Source: a bacterium
GTDB taxonomy: Bacteria; Electryoneota; JAOADG01
DNA length: 64,000 nucleotides
Reading direction: 5' to 3'
Assembly (NCBI GenBank): GCA_030247525.1
Contig: JAOTSC010000001.1
Span: forward strand, 92 to 64,091
The notes under the pieces: generated by a model
What the model saw: the letters and a program-made list of their open reading frames with translations, nothing else
Told to the model about the DNA's origin: nothing
Databases searched by the model: none
Made by a program: the position numbers and the translations under genes
Shown here: piece after piece, positions 47,377 to 57,255 of the stretch
Layout of the letters: each line of letters begins with the position of its first letter
How positions within the stretch are numbered: the first letter of the stretch is position 1

Positions 47377-48300
47377 ATGTTAAACGCACTTATCGCAAAA
47401 ACACTCCCCATCGTACCTAAATCGATTGTCTATGTAGTTGCAAGCCGGTATATCGCCGGACCAAAACTTTCCGACGCTATCAAAGAAAGCCTGCAATTGA
47501 ACCGTTCCGGGAGAACGGTTACGGTCGATGTATTGGGCGAAAACATCGCGGACTTATCCGAAGCCAATGCCGCCGCCGCTCAGTACCATGAAGTACTGGA
47601 ACAATTGTCGAAGGAGAAAGTCAACGGTAACGTATCGGTGAAACCAACCCAGATGGGATTGGGGATTGATCGTGACCACGCCCGGAAAATCTACCGGGAG
47701 TTGTTGACACTTGCCCGGGCGAAAAACACCTTCATCCGAATCGATATGGAAGATTCCCCTTTCACCGATCTGACGCTGGAATTGTATCACGGATTACGGA
47801 GCGACGGTTTCGACAATGTCGGTGTCGTATTGCAAGCGTACCTCAAACGCACCGTCTCCGATATCGAAGCCTTGGCGAAGATAATGGGCGGAACCCAAGC
47901 GGTCGGCGGCAAACATGTCCGGTTATGTAAAGGGATTTATGTCGAACCGGAAGCAATTGCCTTCAAAGGGAAAGAGGAAATCCGCACCAACTACAAGAAG
48001 TCACTCGATGCCATTTTCGATAACGATATTAGTGTCGGTATCGCAACGCACGATTTACCGCTGATCGAGTATGCCTTCGAGCAAATCAAGAAACGGAAGA
48101 TTCCCCAAGAGAAGTATGAGTTCCAGATGTTACTGGGTGTACTTCCTAATCTTGGGCAACGAATAATCGACCAAGGGCATCCGCTCCGCTTGTATGTGCC
48201 GTTTGGCGAACAGTGGTATGCCTATAGCATCCGTCGGCTCAAGGAAAACCCGGCAATGGCGGGACACATCATTAAAGCGATGTTCCGGTTTGGTGGATGA
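47377..48300 (+). CDS. proline dehydrogenase (monofunctional PutA-like ProDH)
   Basis: TIM-barrel ProDH signature regions (VTVDVLGENI, FIRIDMED, VGVVLQAYLKRT, RLYVPFGEQWYAYSIRRLKENP). Confidence 0.75.
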   Translation: MLNALIAKTLPIVPKSIVYVVASRYIAGPKLSDAIKESLQLNRSGRTVTVDVLGENIADLSEANAAAAQYHEVLEQLSKEKVNGNVSVKPTQMGLGIDRDHARKIYRELLTLARAKNTFIRIDMEDSPFTDLTLELYHGLRSDGFDNVGVVLQAYLKRTVSDIEALAKIMGGTQAVGGKHVRLCKGIYVEPEAIAFKGKEEIRTNYKKSLDAIFDNDISVGIATHDLPLIEYAFEQIKKRKIPQEKYEFQMLLGVLPNLGQRIIDQGHPLRLYVPFGEQWYAYSIRRLKENPAMAGHIIKAMFRFGG

Positions 48301-48325
48301 TCCAATTTGGATTTGCATGGACAAC

Positions 48326-48361
48326 AGAAAAGGGGTGAACCATCGTTCACCCCTTTTTTTA
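48326..48361. terminator. bidirectional intrinsic terminator between convergent proDH and rluD
   Basis: AGGGGTGAAC-CATC-GTTCACCCCT stem-loop with an A-run 5' and TTTTTTT 3'. Confidence 0.7.
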
Positions 48362-48413
48362 ATGCAAAACTAAACCCAAATCTCAAGAGTGTCAGGTTCG
48401 ATCAATCGATTCC

Positions 48414-49385
48414 CTACAGCTTCTTCACCCACTTAGTTAAATCAGGAGGCAATGGCGACTCGAACCGCATGCGCTTTCCATTCGGGTGGTCGAATGCTAA
48501 AAGTTTCGCATGAAGCGCTAACCGGGGCGCTGGAACGATTTCGGGAATGAGGTCGAAAGAAGTGCCATAGATCGGATCGCCGAGGACGGGGTGCCCAGCC
48601 TCGCTCAAGTGGATACGGATCTGATGGGTACGTCCGGTTTCCAACCGACAACGTACTTGTGTTGCATAATGGTATTGCTGTTCCGGGAATACGTGGGTGA
48701 TGGCGTGCTTCGCATGACGTTCCGGTTGATTCACCGATCCCCGCTTCCCATCGCCGCGATCTTCTATCAAATACGAATCGAAAGTCGTTTCCCGTGTCAT
48801 CGTACCGAGTACTATTGCGATGTATTCGCGATCGATGGTGTGTTCAAAGAATTGCCGTTTTAGTAAATCATACGCGCGAGCAGTCCGTGCGAATACCAGC
48901 AGTCCGCTGGTATCCTTGTCGAGGCGATGAACTAACCTCGGTGAACCACTCTTCCATTCGGGACGAGCCAGTACCATCTTCTTGACAATAGGAATCATCA
49001 ACTCTTCGAGGGTACGGTCGCCGGGGCGTTTGACTTCAGTCGGTTCCCAATCGTCGGTAGCGATTTGCGTCGTTACCCCGGACGGTTTTTCGACGACAGC
49101 AACATCGATATCGAGATAAACAACTTTTACGATATCTTCGCTATTGCTACGCTCGATCCGGGCAAGACTGCCGCCCGATGCCGGAGAAATTGCGATTTCG
49201 TTGGTTTGATTGACCCGCGCCGATTCTTCAAAAACCGGGATACCGTTCACCAGTACGTGACCACCATGCAACCATTTCCGAACAGTGTTCCAAGATGCGG
49301 TTGGAATTGCTTGGCGAATCGCTGTAGCAATTGTGATTGTTTCTTTCGTTGGAATCCGGAATGTTATGCGGGGAATTTCTGGCAT
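48414..49385 (-). CDS. rluD: RluA-family pseudouridine synthase with S4 domain (RluD-like)
   Basis: Catalytic HRLDKDTSGLLVFART motif with an N-terminal S4 RNA-binding region. Confidence 0.85.
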   Translation of the reverse strand: MPEIPRITFRIPTKETITIATAIRQAIPTASWNTVRKWLHGGHVLVNGIPVFEESARVNQTNEIAISPASGGSLARIERSNSEDIVKVVYLDIDVAVVEKPSGVTTQIATDDWEPTEVKRPGDRTLEELMIPIVKKMVLARPEWKSGSPRLVHRLDKDTSGLLVFARTARAYDLLKRQFFEHTIDREYIAIVLGTMTRETTFDSYLIEDRGDGKRGSVNQPERHAKHAITHVFPEQQYHYATQVRCRLETGRTHQIRIHLSEAGHPVLGDPIYGTSFDLIPEIVPAPRLALHAKLLAFDHPNGKRMRFESPLPPDLTKWVKKL

Positions 49386-49390
49386 TGCGA

Positions 49391-50455
49391 TTACACTGCG
49401 AATCGAATGACAAGGATATCACCATCCTGTACGACGTATTCTTTTCCTTCCAACCTCGAGAGCCCCTTCTCTTTCAGGACATGTAGCGAACGGTGCTCAA
49501 GCATATCGCTGCCGCGCGTTACTTCCGCACGAATAAAACCGCGAGCTAAATCCGAATGTATCACACCGGCTGCACCAACGGCATTGGTGCCTTTCGTTAA
49601 AGTCCACGCCCTGCATTCATCTTCGCCTACAGTAAAGAATGAGATAAGATTTAGCAGCGAATAACACTCGCGAATAACGCGGTGCGCCGCAGGTTCGGCA
49701 ATTCCCAAATCCGCCAGAAAAGCAGTCCGGTCGGCTTCTTCCAATTGCGCAATTTCTGCTTCGATTTCTGCTTGCAAAGAAAGTATCGTACTGCGTTCGG
49801 TTAACTTCGTCCGAATCGCTGCTTCCCAACCGGACACTTTTTCGGCATACTCTTCGCCGTAGTTGATGACGACCATGAGCGGTTTGTAGGAAAGAAACTG
49901 AAATCCCCGTAATAGCTTCTCGTTCTCCAAATCGATGTTCATGGTACGAAGCGGTTTTTCTTGTTCCAGAACGGCAAAGCACATTTGCATCAATTTGAAT
50001 TCGGCTTCCAATGCGGGTGATTTCTGTTTCTTGATTTGTCCTTCCAATCGGGAGAGCCGACGTTCCACCAAACCGAGATCATTAAGCAGGAATTCCTCTT
50101 CCGCAGTAACGAACTCTTTGACCGGATCGGGCGCTGCTCCATCTTCCGCATCGAAACCGCGCAACACCAACACCAGCGCATTGGTCTGAGCAAGTGTCTT
50201 TAGAAAATTCTCATCATAACCGGCTTTACCAGCGCCTGCTTCGAGACCGGCGATATCGACATACTCAACGGTGGCAGGTATTTCCCGTTTCGGCTGGAAA
50301 ATTGCCGTAAAATCCGGTAATCGGGGATCGGGTACCTTCGCAACAGCGACATGGGTTTCTCGTTTGCCATAGGTGCGATCGACTACTTTCCCTACCAATG
50401 CGGAGAACAATGTCGTCTTCCCAACGCGGGGAAGTCCTACTAAACCAAGTTGCAT
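49391..50455 (-). CDS. ychF: redox-regulated ribosome-binding ATPase YchF (Obg family)
   Basis: GLVGLPRVGKTTLFSAL P-loop plus the C-terminal TGS domain (EKGLSRLEGKEYVVQDGDILVIRF). Confidence 0.9.
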   Translation of the reverse strand: MQLGLVGLPRVGKTTLFSALVGKVVDRTYGKRETHVAVAKVPDPRLPDFTAIFQPKREIPATVEYVDIAGLEAGAGKAGYDENFLKTLAQTNALVLVLRGFDAEDGAAPDPVKEFVTAEEEFLLNDLGLVERRLSRLEGQIKKQKSPALEAEFKLMQMCFAVLEQEKPLRTMNIDLENEKLLRGFQFLSYKPLMVVINYGEEYAEKVSGWEAAIRTKLTERSTILSLQAEIEAEIAQLEEADRTAFLADLGIAEPAAHRVIRECYSLLNLISFFTVGEDECRAWTLTKGTNAVGAAGVIHSDLARGFIRAEVTRGSDMLEHRSLHVLKEKGLSRLEGKEYVVQDGDILVIRFAV

Positions 50456-50500
50456 TTTCTTCTTTTCTCTTCGTCAGATTGTATGTATCGAGAGCGATTC

Positions 50501-51007
50501 TTATCGATACTCGGGATGAATTGTGATTTCGTTCTCGACAATTACCCATTTATCCCATGGATTAACAACCAATTCCGGGGTTTCCAGATAATAAAAGTCT
50601 GGCTTGAAGCTACCTGGATGAATGTACAGGGTACATGTTTTTATTTCACTGACCCCTTTGTTGCGCAATGCTCGCTCTGCCTCGTGGAGGGTATGACCCG
50701 ACACTGCCAATTCGTCGACAAGGAGTACTTTACACCCCTCAACATCGTCAGGTGGTTCTACTGACCACCGCGGTTTCTCGTGGACGATTCGATCCCGCTC
50801 GCGGTATGATAAGCGAATCGGATACAAATCGATCCGGAACAGACTTGCTAAGACGGAAGCTAAGGTTAAGCCGCCTTTCGATATCCCTACGATGCAATCT
50901 GGTTGATACTCCCGGTCGATTTTGAGCGCGAGTTCCTTCGCCATTTCCCCGAAGCGTTCCCAAGTAATCTCCCGCCGCCCCTCATGGGAGTGAGTGTGAG
51001 TTTGCAT
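50501..51007 (-). CDS. type I phosphoribosyltransferase family protein
   Basis: VLLVDELAVSGHTL is the PRPP-binding motif of type I PRTases. Confidence 0.65.
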   Translation of the reverse strand: MQTHTHSHEGRREITWERFGEMAKELALKIDREYQPDCIVGISKGGLTLASVLASLFRIDLYPIRLSYRERDRIVHEKPRWSVEPPDDVEGCKVLLVDELAVSGHTLHEAERALRNKGVSEIKTCTLYIHPGSFKPDFYYLETPELVVNPWDKWVIVENEITIHPEYR

Positions 51008-51129
51008 GGCACCTCCCTAATGGTTTCTTGCATTCTTAGTAAGATACACCGCTCTCACCGGTATGCCAATTGTATATTGTACTTTTAATACAGCAGAACA
51101 TCACGTTTCAATGGGAGGGGAAAACGGAA

Positions 51130-51918
51130 ATGGAGTATACATATAGATACTTGTTGGTGGAGGTTTCCGAGCGCATTGCGCTGGTTACAATCAATCGGCC
51201 GGAAGCATTGAATGCACTATCCACCAAGGTTATCGAAGAGATTCACGATTTTGCGACCAAGGCGAAATCTGATCCGGAGATTGGTGGAATCATTGTGACC
51301 GGGGCAGGGGAAAAGGCATTTGTCGCCGGTGCCGATATTACCGAATTGAACACGTTGGATGCCGCCAACGGCAAGAAATACTCGGAAAACGGAAATACCG
51401 CTTTCCGATGTTTGGAAACATTACCGAAACCGGTGATTGCCGCCGTGAATGGGTTCGCATTGGGCGGAGGGTGCGAATTAGCTATGGCATGCCATATCCG
51501 AATCGCTTCGGAAAAAGCGAAGTTTGGACAACCGGAAGTGAATCTTGGTCTAATTCCAGGATTTGGCGGCACCCAACGGCTCATGCGGCTGGTCGGGGTG
51601 GGCAGAGCGCTTCAATTGCTGCTAAGTGCAGAGATAATCGATGCAAACGAAGCATACCGCATCGGTTTGGTAAATAAAGTTGTTCCACCGGGGGAATTGC
51701 TTAGCACTGCGAGAGACCTGTTAAAACTAATCCTGACAAAATCGCCCAAAGGGCTCGAGTATTGCATTGAGGCCGTATCAAATGGACTGGAACGCCACTT
51801 GGACGAAGCATTGTCCGTCGAAGCTTGGTGGTTTGGACAAGCTTGTGGGACACCGGATATGAAGGAAGGCACCGGAGCTTTTTTAGAAAAACGCAAACCG
51901 GTATGGAAAAGTAACTAA
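51130..51918 (+). CDS. enoyl-CoA hydratase/isomerase (crotonase) family
   Basis: IALVTINRPEALNAL, FVAGADI and ALGGGCELAMACHIRIASEKAKFGQPEVNLGLIPGFGGTQRL. Start at MEYTYRY. Confidence 0.85.
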   Translation: MEYTYRYLLVEVSERIALVTINRPEALNALSTKVIEEIHDFATKAKSDPEIGGIIVTGAGEKAFVAGADITELNTLDAANGKKYSENGNTAFRCLETLPKPVIAAVNGFALGGGCELAMACHIRIASEKAKFGQPEVNLGLIPGFGGTQRLMRLVGVGRALQLLLSAEIIDANEAYRIGLVNKVVPPGELLSTARDLLKLILTKSPKGLEYCIEAVSNGLERHLDEALSVEAWWFGQACGTPDMKEGTGAFLEKRKPVWKSN

Positions 51919-51989
51919 AAGTTTTCGTACGTTAGGAGTGCGGCAAATACGCCACCCTGCCTCGAATTCACCGCCGACAGGAGGATGAA

Positions 51990-52757
51990 ATGAACTCGTC
52001 CGAAGTCACCGTCACTTTACGCGAGCACGTAGCGGAGATTACGATCTCACGCCCGCCGACGAACTTAATTTCGCTTGCATTAGCCCATCGGCTCAATGAA
52101 GAGCTGGTTCGGTTAGCGCTGAACAAAGAATTAAAAATCATAGTCTTGCGAGGCGCTGGAGGTGTCTTCTCCTCCGGCATTAACGTCGAAGACTTGACTC
52201 GTGAGCGCGTCGGCGAAATGATGCACGAACTTGACAAGCTCTTTGAAAACCTAAATGTACCCGATATCATCACGCTGGCCGCAGTAAACGGAGAAGCGTT
52301 GGGTACCGGATGCGAAATTGCGTTGTTTTGCGATCTCTGTGTCGCCTCAGCCCGTTCGAGTTTTGGACAACCGGAAGTCGAGTTGGCACTCTTTCCACCA
52401 GTTGCAACTGCATTGCTGCCAAGGTTGGGCGGGCGAAACCGCGCCCTTCAATTGCTGTTAACCGGCGATCCGGTCGATGCCCAAACAGCGAAAGAAATGG
52501 GTATCATCAACGAAGTGTTTCCATCAAACGAGTTTGAAGAACGGATGCGGGTATTCCTTCGCCGGATTGCGCGCCACAGTCATGTCGCGTTAAGTCACAT
52601 CAAACGGGTTGTTGATGGTGGCTTGTATGAACCGGTGACCCGCGCCGTCAAGATGAGTGAAGACATATTCTTGAACGATTTGATGTCGACTTCCGATGCT
52701 CAGGAAGGCATCAAGGCAGCACTGGAAAACCGGCCACCGAAATGGTTCCGTGGCTAA
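51990..52757 (+). CDS. enoyl-CoA hydratase/isomerase family, tandem paralog
   Basis: AEITISRPPTN and ALGTGCEIALFCDLCVASARSSFGQPEVELALFPP. GGAGGA site. Confidence 0.8.
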   Translation: MNSSEVTVTLREHVAEITISRPPTNLISLALAHRLNEELVRLALNKELKIIVLRGAGGVFSSGINVEDLTRERVGEMMHELDKLFENLNVPDIITLAAVNGEALGTGCEIALFCDLCVASARSSFGQPEVELALFPPVATALLPRLGGRNRALQLLLTGDPVDAQTAKEMGIINEVFPSNEFEERMRVFLRRIARHSHVALSHIKRVVDGGLYEPVTRAVKMSEDIFLNDLMSTSDAQEGIKAALENRPPKWFRG

Positions 52758-52775
52758 GAATATTGGAAGTGGCGG

Positions 52776-53204
52776 GTGACATACCCGCCGTTTTCAATTG
52801 GATACTTGGGTGTAGCGATGAGGGCACAGATCGAGAAGAAACGCAGACCATTTCGTTCACCGTGGCTGTTTAAATGGTCTTGGTCGAACGATTACAGCCC
52901 CGATGAGCTCCTGCAAAATCTGATCGCGCTGTTTTTATCACCTGAGCGGCGGGCAGAGCGGTACATTGCTAAAGGGGATCGCTTTTCTGCGGAAAAACGG
53001 CATGCGCTCGCGGTAGATAAATTTCTTGCCGCATACCGGCTCTACCACCGAATCCGCAATGATGCAGTTATGCCGATGTTGCTGGCTGTCGCCGAGAAAA
53101 TCACTGCTGAGTATCGTGAGTTGGGTGATCGAGAAATGGTACAATTCTGGCTGGATCGTGAGTTGGAGTACCGGTTGGATTTGAACGTCACACAGACACG
53201 ATAA
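52776..53204 (+). CDS. hypothetical protein
   Basis: ORF in an operon-like position after the crotonases. No motif recognised. Confidence 0.4.
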   Translation: MTYPPFSIGYLGVAMRAQIEKKRRPFRSPWLFKWSWSNDYSPDELLQNLIALFLSPERRAERYIAKGDRFSAEKRHALAVDKFLAAYRLYHRIRNDAVMPMLLAVAEKITAEYRELGDREMVQFWLDRELEYRLDLNVTQTR

Positions 53205-53219
53205 TATTGCGTTCGCACA

Positions 53220-53257
53220 TAAAACGGGCGGGTACACAAACCCGCCCGTTTTTTTTG
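53220..53257. terminator. bidirectional intrinsic terminator
   Basis: ACGGGCGGG-TACACAAA-CCCGCCCGT followed by TTTTTTTT. Confidence 0.7.
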
Positions 53258-53264
53258 CCGTGTC

Positions 53265-53618
53265 TCAGTATGGCGTTCCAGGACCAATGCCGGGGGCATT
53301 GCCGCGAATCCAATTGTTAATCTTTATCCGGTCGCCTTGCGATAAATGAATGTTCAACGTGTTTTTCGGCGGCATCTTTTCTTTCGTAATCACCATCTTG
53401 TAAATCAACCAAATATTCTCACGGACTTGGTCTGGACTCATCACATTAAAGTTCTCTTCGATTCTGGATCCACCATGGCATTCTAAGCAGGTCTGTTCAA
53501 ATATCGGTTTAATGTCGGTTTCCCACTGCAGTTTCGTTTCCGCATAAGGTGGCTTTGCCGAACAACCGAACAGCCCAATGGTAACAAGAAGCACGGTTAG
53601 TAGTAACAAGACTTTCAT
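53265..53618 (-). CDS. mono-heme c-type cytochrome lipoprotein
   Basis: Lipoprotein signal (LLVTIGLFGC) and a single CLECHG heme-binding motif. GGGAGG site upstream of MKVLLLL. Confidence 0.65.
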   Translation of the reverse strand: MKVLLLLTVLLVTIGLFGCSAKPPYAETKLQWETDIKPIFEQTCLECHGGSRIEENFNVMSPDQVRENIWLIYKMVITKEKMPPKNTLNIHLSQGDRIKINNWIRGNAPGIGPGTPY

Positions 53619-53773
53619 TTGGTTCCTCCCGGGTTTGTTGCGCCCCCTAAGATACAAACTACAACGGTTATGATGAAACAATCGATTTGGAGCTTTGTTG
53701 TGAGAGCGGTATTATTAGCGGATTACCCCCTCAGCTTGGCTTTGGGGGATTTCGTAGTTTACTTGAGCAAACC

Positions 53774-56700
53774 ATGACATTATTGGAAGCGCTGCTTCCC
53801 CACCTTCATTGCGAACCGGTTGACCGTGCCCTCGAACGCAGTCTGCGCGGGTTAAACACCGTTATCCCCGGCGATGGCGATTCGTTGCCAGCCATTCTTG
53901 CTGCGATGATACAGCAAGAAGCGAAAATTCGCGATATTGAACGAATTATTGTAGTAGCGGCAAACCGTTCTGATGCCGAAGCGTTACATGACGACTTAAC
54001 AAACCTCGAACCGGGTAAAGTATTTATCTGTCCGCAGCGCGAAGCGTTTCCCGGCGATAAAGTTGGCGCCCCCCCCGCGGAACAAAGCGAGCGGGCATTG
54101 GCGCTCGAAGCATTGACTACTATCAGTGACGAACCGATTACCATTGTTTTACCGGCGGTAGTTTTGTTGGAAGGAATTGCCAATCCGAAACCTTCTTTAC
54201 AATTCGCAGTCGGTGATTTGCTTGATCCCGAGGAGTTATCACAGTTACTAATCGAGGCGGGGTTCGACCGGGAAGCGATGGTTTCCGAACCGGAAGAGTT
54301 TGCTCGCCGGGGTGGGATCTTCGATTTGTTCGGTTGGGGAGAAGAGAAGTTTCTTCGGATCGAACTCGACGACATCGAAATAGTTTCCTTGCGATTAGTC
54401 GACCCTGCGACTCAACGATCTGTAGTTTCTGTTGAGAAAGCGTCTATTCGGGTACAATCACCCATCGCCGCCTCCGGCAATTTCTTACTACAAAATCTGA
54501 ATCCCGCAAAGACCCGTTTTGTTTTTTCCGATGCTACCGGCGTCGCATTTGCTTGGCAGGATTGGCATCGCGCTGTCGAAGAGCGTCCCGATATCGAGCA
54601 CCCACCTTACCTGTCCGATTCAGATGCTGCAAAACTTTTGCAGCCGTTTAGCAAATTGCTCTTTACTTCTTTTAAACAACCGAGTTCGGCGCTTTTGGAA
54701 GAAGTACCCGTCGATGAAACAGTCGCCGTTAGCGAATCCGGAGTGCCAAAACCGCCCAAACGAAAACCGATTAAACTGGTGCCGGCCGACGCGGTAACGA
54801 TTGAATTGACCCGCCATGCATTACAAGAGTTTCGCGGTGATCTGGACGCTTTTGAAGGGGGTTTCCGGCGACTCGAAGGACAGCACTGGAAAAGTTTCCT
54901 ATTGTGCGATTCCGATCGGCAGCGGGAGCGTCTTTTCGATTTATTCGACGCTCACGAGGATTCCCGACTGACAGAACTCCCAATTCTTGTTCCTTCGCTC
55001 CATCGCGGCTTCTCGCTCACCGACGCTAAACTGGTGTTGTTTACCGAGCATCAACTCTTTGGTAGAACCCGCCGCCGGGGGCGTCACCGCCGTTTCATCG
55101 CAACTCCGATGGCAAAGAGTCAACTCGACGGATTACGCCGCGGCGATTATGTAGTACACGTCGATCACGGAATCGGGCGATTCGATGGGATCGAACGCAT
55201 TACCGTGGCAGAGAGCACACAGGATTGCTTCAAGATACTGTTCCATGGCGGCGTTTCTGTGTATGTACGGATGGAGCATTTCCATAAACTCCAACCGTAT
55301 CGCGCGGAAGAGAGCGAACCGCAGCTCTCGCGGATTGGCGGCGGCGAATGGATGTCAGCCCGAACCCGCGCGAAAAAAGCGGCAACCGATATGGCAAAAC
55401 ACATCCTCGAGTTGTATGCGACCCGTGCGATTATCGAGCGCGAACCGGCAACCGGAGATGGTGTTGCACAACACGAATTTGAAGCCGCATTCGAGTACGA
55501 AGAGACACCCGACCAACTTAGCGCTACCGAAGAGATTAAGCAGGATTTGGAGAGTCCTCGTCCGATGGATCGATTGCTCATCGGCGATGTGGGATTCGGC
55601 AAAACCGAAGTGGCGATGCGAGCCGCCTGGAAAGTACTACAGGAGAATCGGCAGGTCGCGGTTGTTTGCCCCACAACTGTACTCGCCGCGCAACATGGCG
55701 AAACTTTTCGCGAGCGGTTTCGCTATACCGGCGCGAATATCGAAGTAATCTCCCGTTTCGTACTTCCCAAAGAGGTGAAGCGAATTCTCACCGAAGCGAA
55801 ACAAGGGAAAGTCGATATCCTCATCGGCACTCACCGGCTGTTAAGCAAAGATGTTGAATTCCGCCGGCTGGGTCTCGTCATCGTCGATGAGGAGCATAAG
55901 TTCGGGGTGAAGCACAAAGACGATCTCCGTCGAAAACGCACCGAAGTTGATGTGCTGACATTAAGCGCTACTCCGATACCCCGGACGTTGCAAATGGCGC
56001 TGTCCGGCGCCCGTGACGTTAGTTTCATTCGTACTGCTCCGGCTGAGCGATTACCGATTGAAACCGAAGTCGCAGCCTTTGACGAGCGCTTGGTGCGTGA
56101 AGCTGTTCTACGTGAAATTTCCCGCGGCGGACAGGTTTTCTTCGTCCACAACCGGGTGGAAACGATGCCGCAAATCATGATGCGGCTACAGAATATCTTG
56201 CCGGAAGTGCGGATGACGATGGCACATGCTCAATTGGCGGGTCATCAGCTCGAAAAAATTATGCTCGACTTCATGCATCACAAGTATGATTTGCTGCTTA
56301 GTTCGATGATTATCGAATCGGGCATCGACTTGCCGAATGTAAATACGTTGATTGTGAACCGTGCTGATGCGTTAGGATTAGCCCAGTTGTATCAATTGCG
56401 CGGAAGAATCGGCAGGAGTAACCGGCAGGCGTATGCGTGGATGTTGACGCCCGGAGAGGCGATGGTAACATCAAACGCCCGGAAACGGCTCCGTACTCTG
56501 CAAGAGTTCAATTCACTTGGCGGAGGTTACGAAATCGCTTTGCGCGACTTAGAAATCCGCGGTGCCGGAAACATATTAGGTAAAGAACAATCGGGTACAA
56601 TCACTTCGGTTGGTTATGATTTGTATCTTGAAATGCTGGAAGAGGCGATAACAGCTCTGCGAGAGGGGAACGACCCGGAAACGGTTGTTGTCGCGAAAGA

Positions 56701-57175
56701 AGAGGCTCCGATCCGGATTGAGATTCCTGGCGAAGCGTTGATTCCCTCCAGTTACATCGAATCAATCCCGGAAAAAGTCGAATTCTATCGACGATTAGAG
56801 CGGATGCGCGAAATTCGTGAAGTCGATGAGCTGCAGTCGGAGTGGCGCGACCGCTTTGGTAGACTCCCGGTAGCAGCAAACCGGTTGTTGCTTGCGGTAA
56901 AAATGCGAATCGAAGCAAAACGAACCGGCGTTGCGAAAATCACAGTTTTGCCTGCCGAAATCCGGCTGGAGGCAAAGCTGCCGGAAGACGCCAAAACCCT
57001 GCAACATCCAGAAGTTGCCGCCTGGATGCTTCGATTCAACCGATTCTTTGAGAACAAGGAGGCGTGGGTAACATCCAAGCCGTTGGGAATTGCGGTATCG
57101 GTTAGGAAAGGGTCAGATCCCGACGAAGCGGCGTCAAAAATAGTCCGAGAACTCACGGGTATTCAAACGATTTAA
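53774..57175 (+). CDS. mfd: transcription-repair coupling factor Mfd
   Basis: UvrB-homology N-terminus, RNAP-interacting domain, DEAD-box-like helicase motifs (GDVGFGKTEVA, DEEHKFG, SATPIPRT, QLRGRIGR) and the TRG motif. The start is uncertain: ATG at 53774, or an upstream TTG at 53687. Confidence 0.9.
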   Translation: MTLLEALLPHLHCEPVDRALERSLRGLNTVIPGDGDSLPAILAAMIQQEAKIRDIERIIVVAANRSDAEALHDDLTNLEPGKVFICPQREAFPGDKVGAPPAEQSERALALEALTTISDEPITIVLPAVVLLEGIANPKPSLQFAVGDLLDPEELSQLLIEAGFDREAMVSEPEEFARRGGIFDLFGWGEEKFLRIELDDIEIVSLRLVDPATQRSVVSVEKASIRVQSPIAASGNFLLQNLNPAKTRFVFSDATGVAFAWQDWHRAVEERPDIEHPPYLSDSDAAKLLQPFSKLLFTSFKQPSSALLEEVPVDETVAVSESGVPKPPKRKPIKLVPADAVTIELTRHALQEFRGDLDAFEGGFRRLEGQHWKSFLLCDSDRQRERLFDLFDAHEDSRLTELPILVPSLHRGFSLTDAKLVLFTEHQLFGRTRRRGRHRRFIATPMAKSQLDGLRRGDYVVHVDHGIGRFDGIERITVAESTQDCFKILFHGGVSVYVRMEHFHKLQPYRAEESEPQLSRIGGGEWMSARTRAKKAATDMAKHILELYATRAIIEREPATGDGVAQHEFEAAFEYEETPDQLSATEEIKQDLESPRPMDRLLIGDVGFGKTEVAMRAAWKVLQENRQVAVVCPTTVLAAQHGETFRERFRYTGANIEVISRFVLPKEVKRILTEAKQGKVDILIGTHRLLSKDVEFRRLGLVIVDEEHKFGVKHKDDLRRKRTEVDVLTLSATPIPRTLQMALSGARDVSFIRTAPAERLPIETEVAAFDERLVREAVLREISRGGQVFFVHNRVETMPQIMMRLQNILPEVRMTMAHAQLAGHQLEKIMLDFMHHKYDLLLSSMIIESGIDLPNVNTLIVNRADALGLAQLYQLRGRIGRSNRQAYAWMLTPGEAMVTSNARKRLRTLQEFNSLGGGYEIALRDLEIRGAGNILGKEQSGTITSVGYDLYLEMLEEAITALREGNDPETVVVAKEEAPIRIEIPGEALIPSSYIESIPEKVEFYRRLERMREIREVDELQSEWRDRFGRLPVAANRLLLAVKMRIEAKRTGVAKITVLPAEIRLEAKLPEDAKTLQHPEVAAWMLRFNRFFENKEAWVTSKPLGIAVSVRKGSDPDEAASKIVRELTGIQTI

Positions 57176-57255
57176 TTTCAAAAATTGCTTAATCCGCTTG
57201 CTTACTGTGTATCGAATGACAGAAATTAGTCCATCGTTTTCAATGTTAATTTTGT

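Noticed and set aside
53806-54375. 189-aa Ser-rich antisense ORF within mfd
   Set aside because: It lies entirely inside the strongly supported mfd reading frame. It has low-complexity Ser/Ala composition and no ribosome-binding site.
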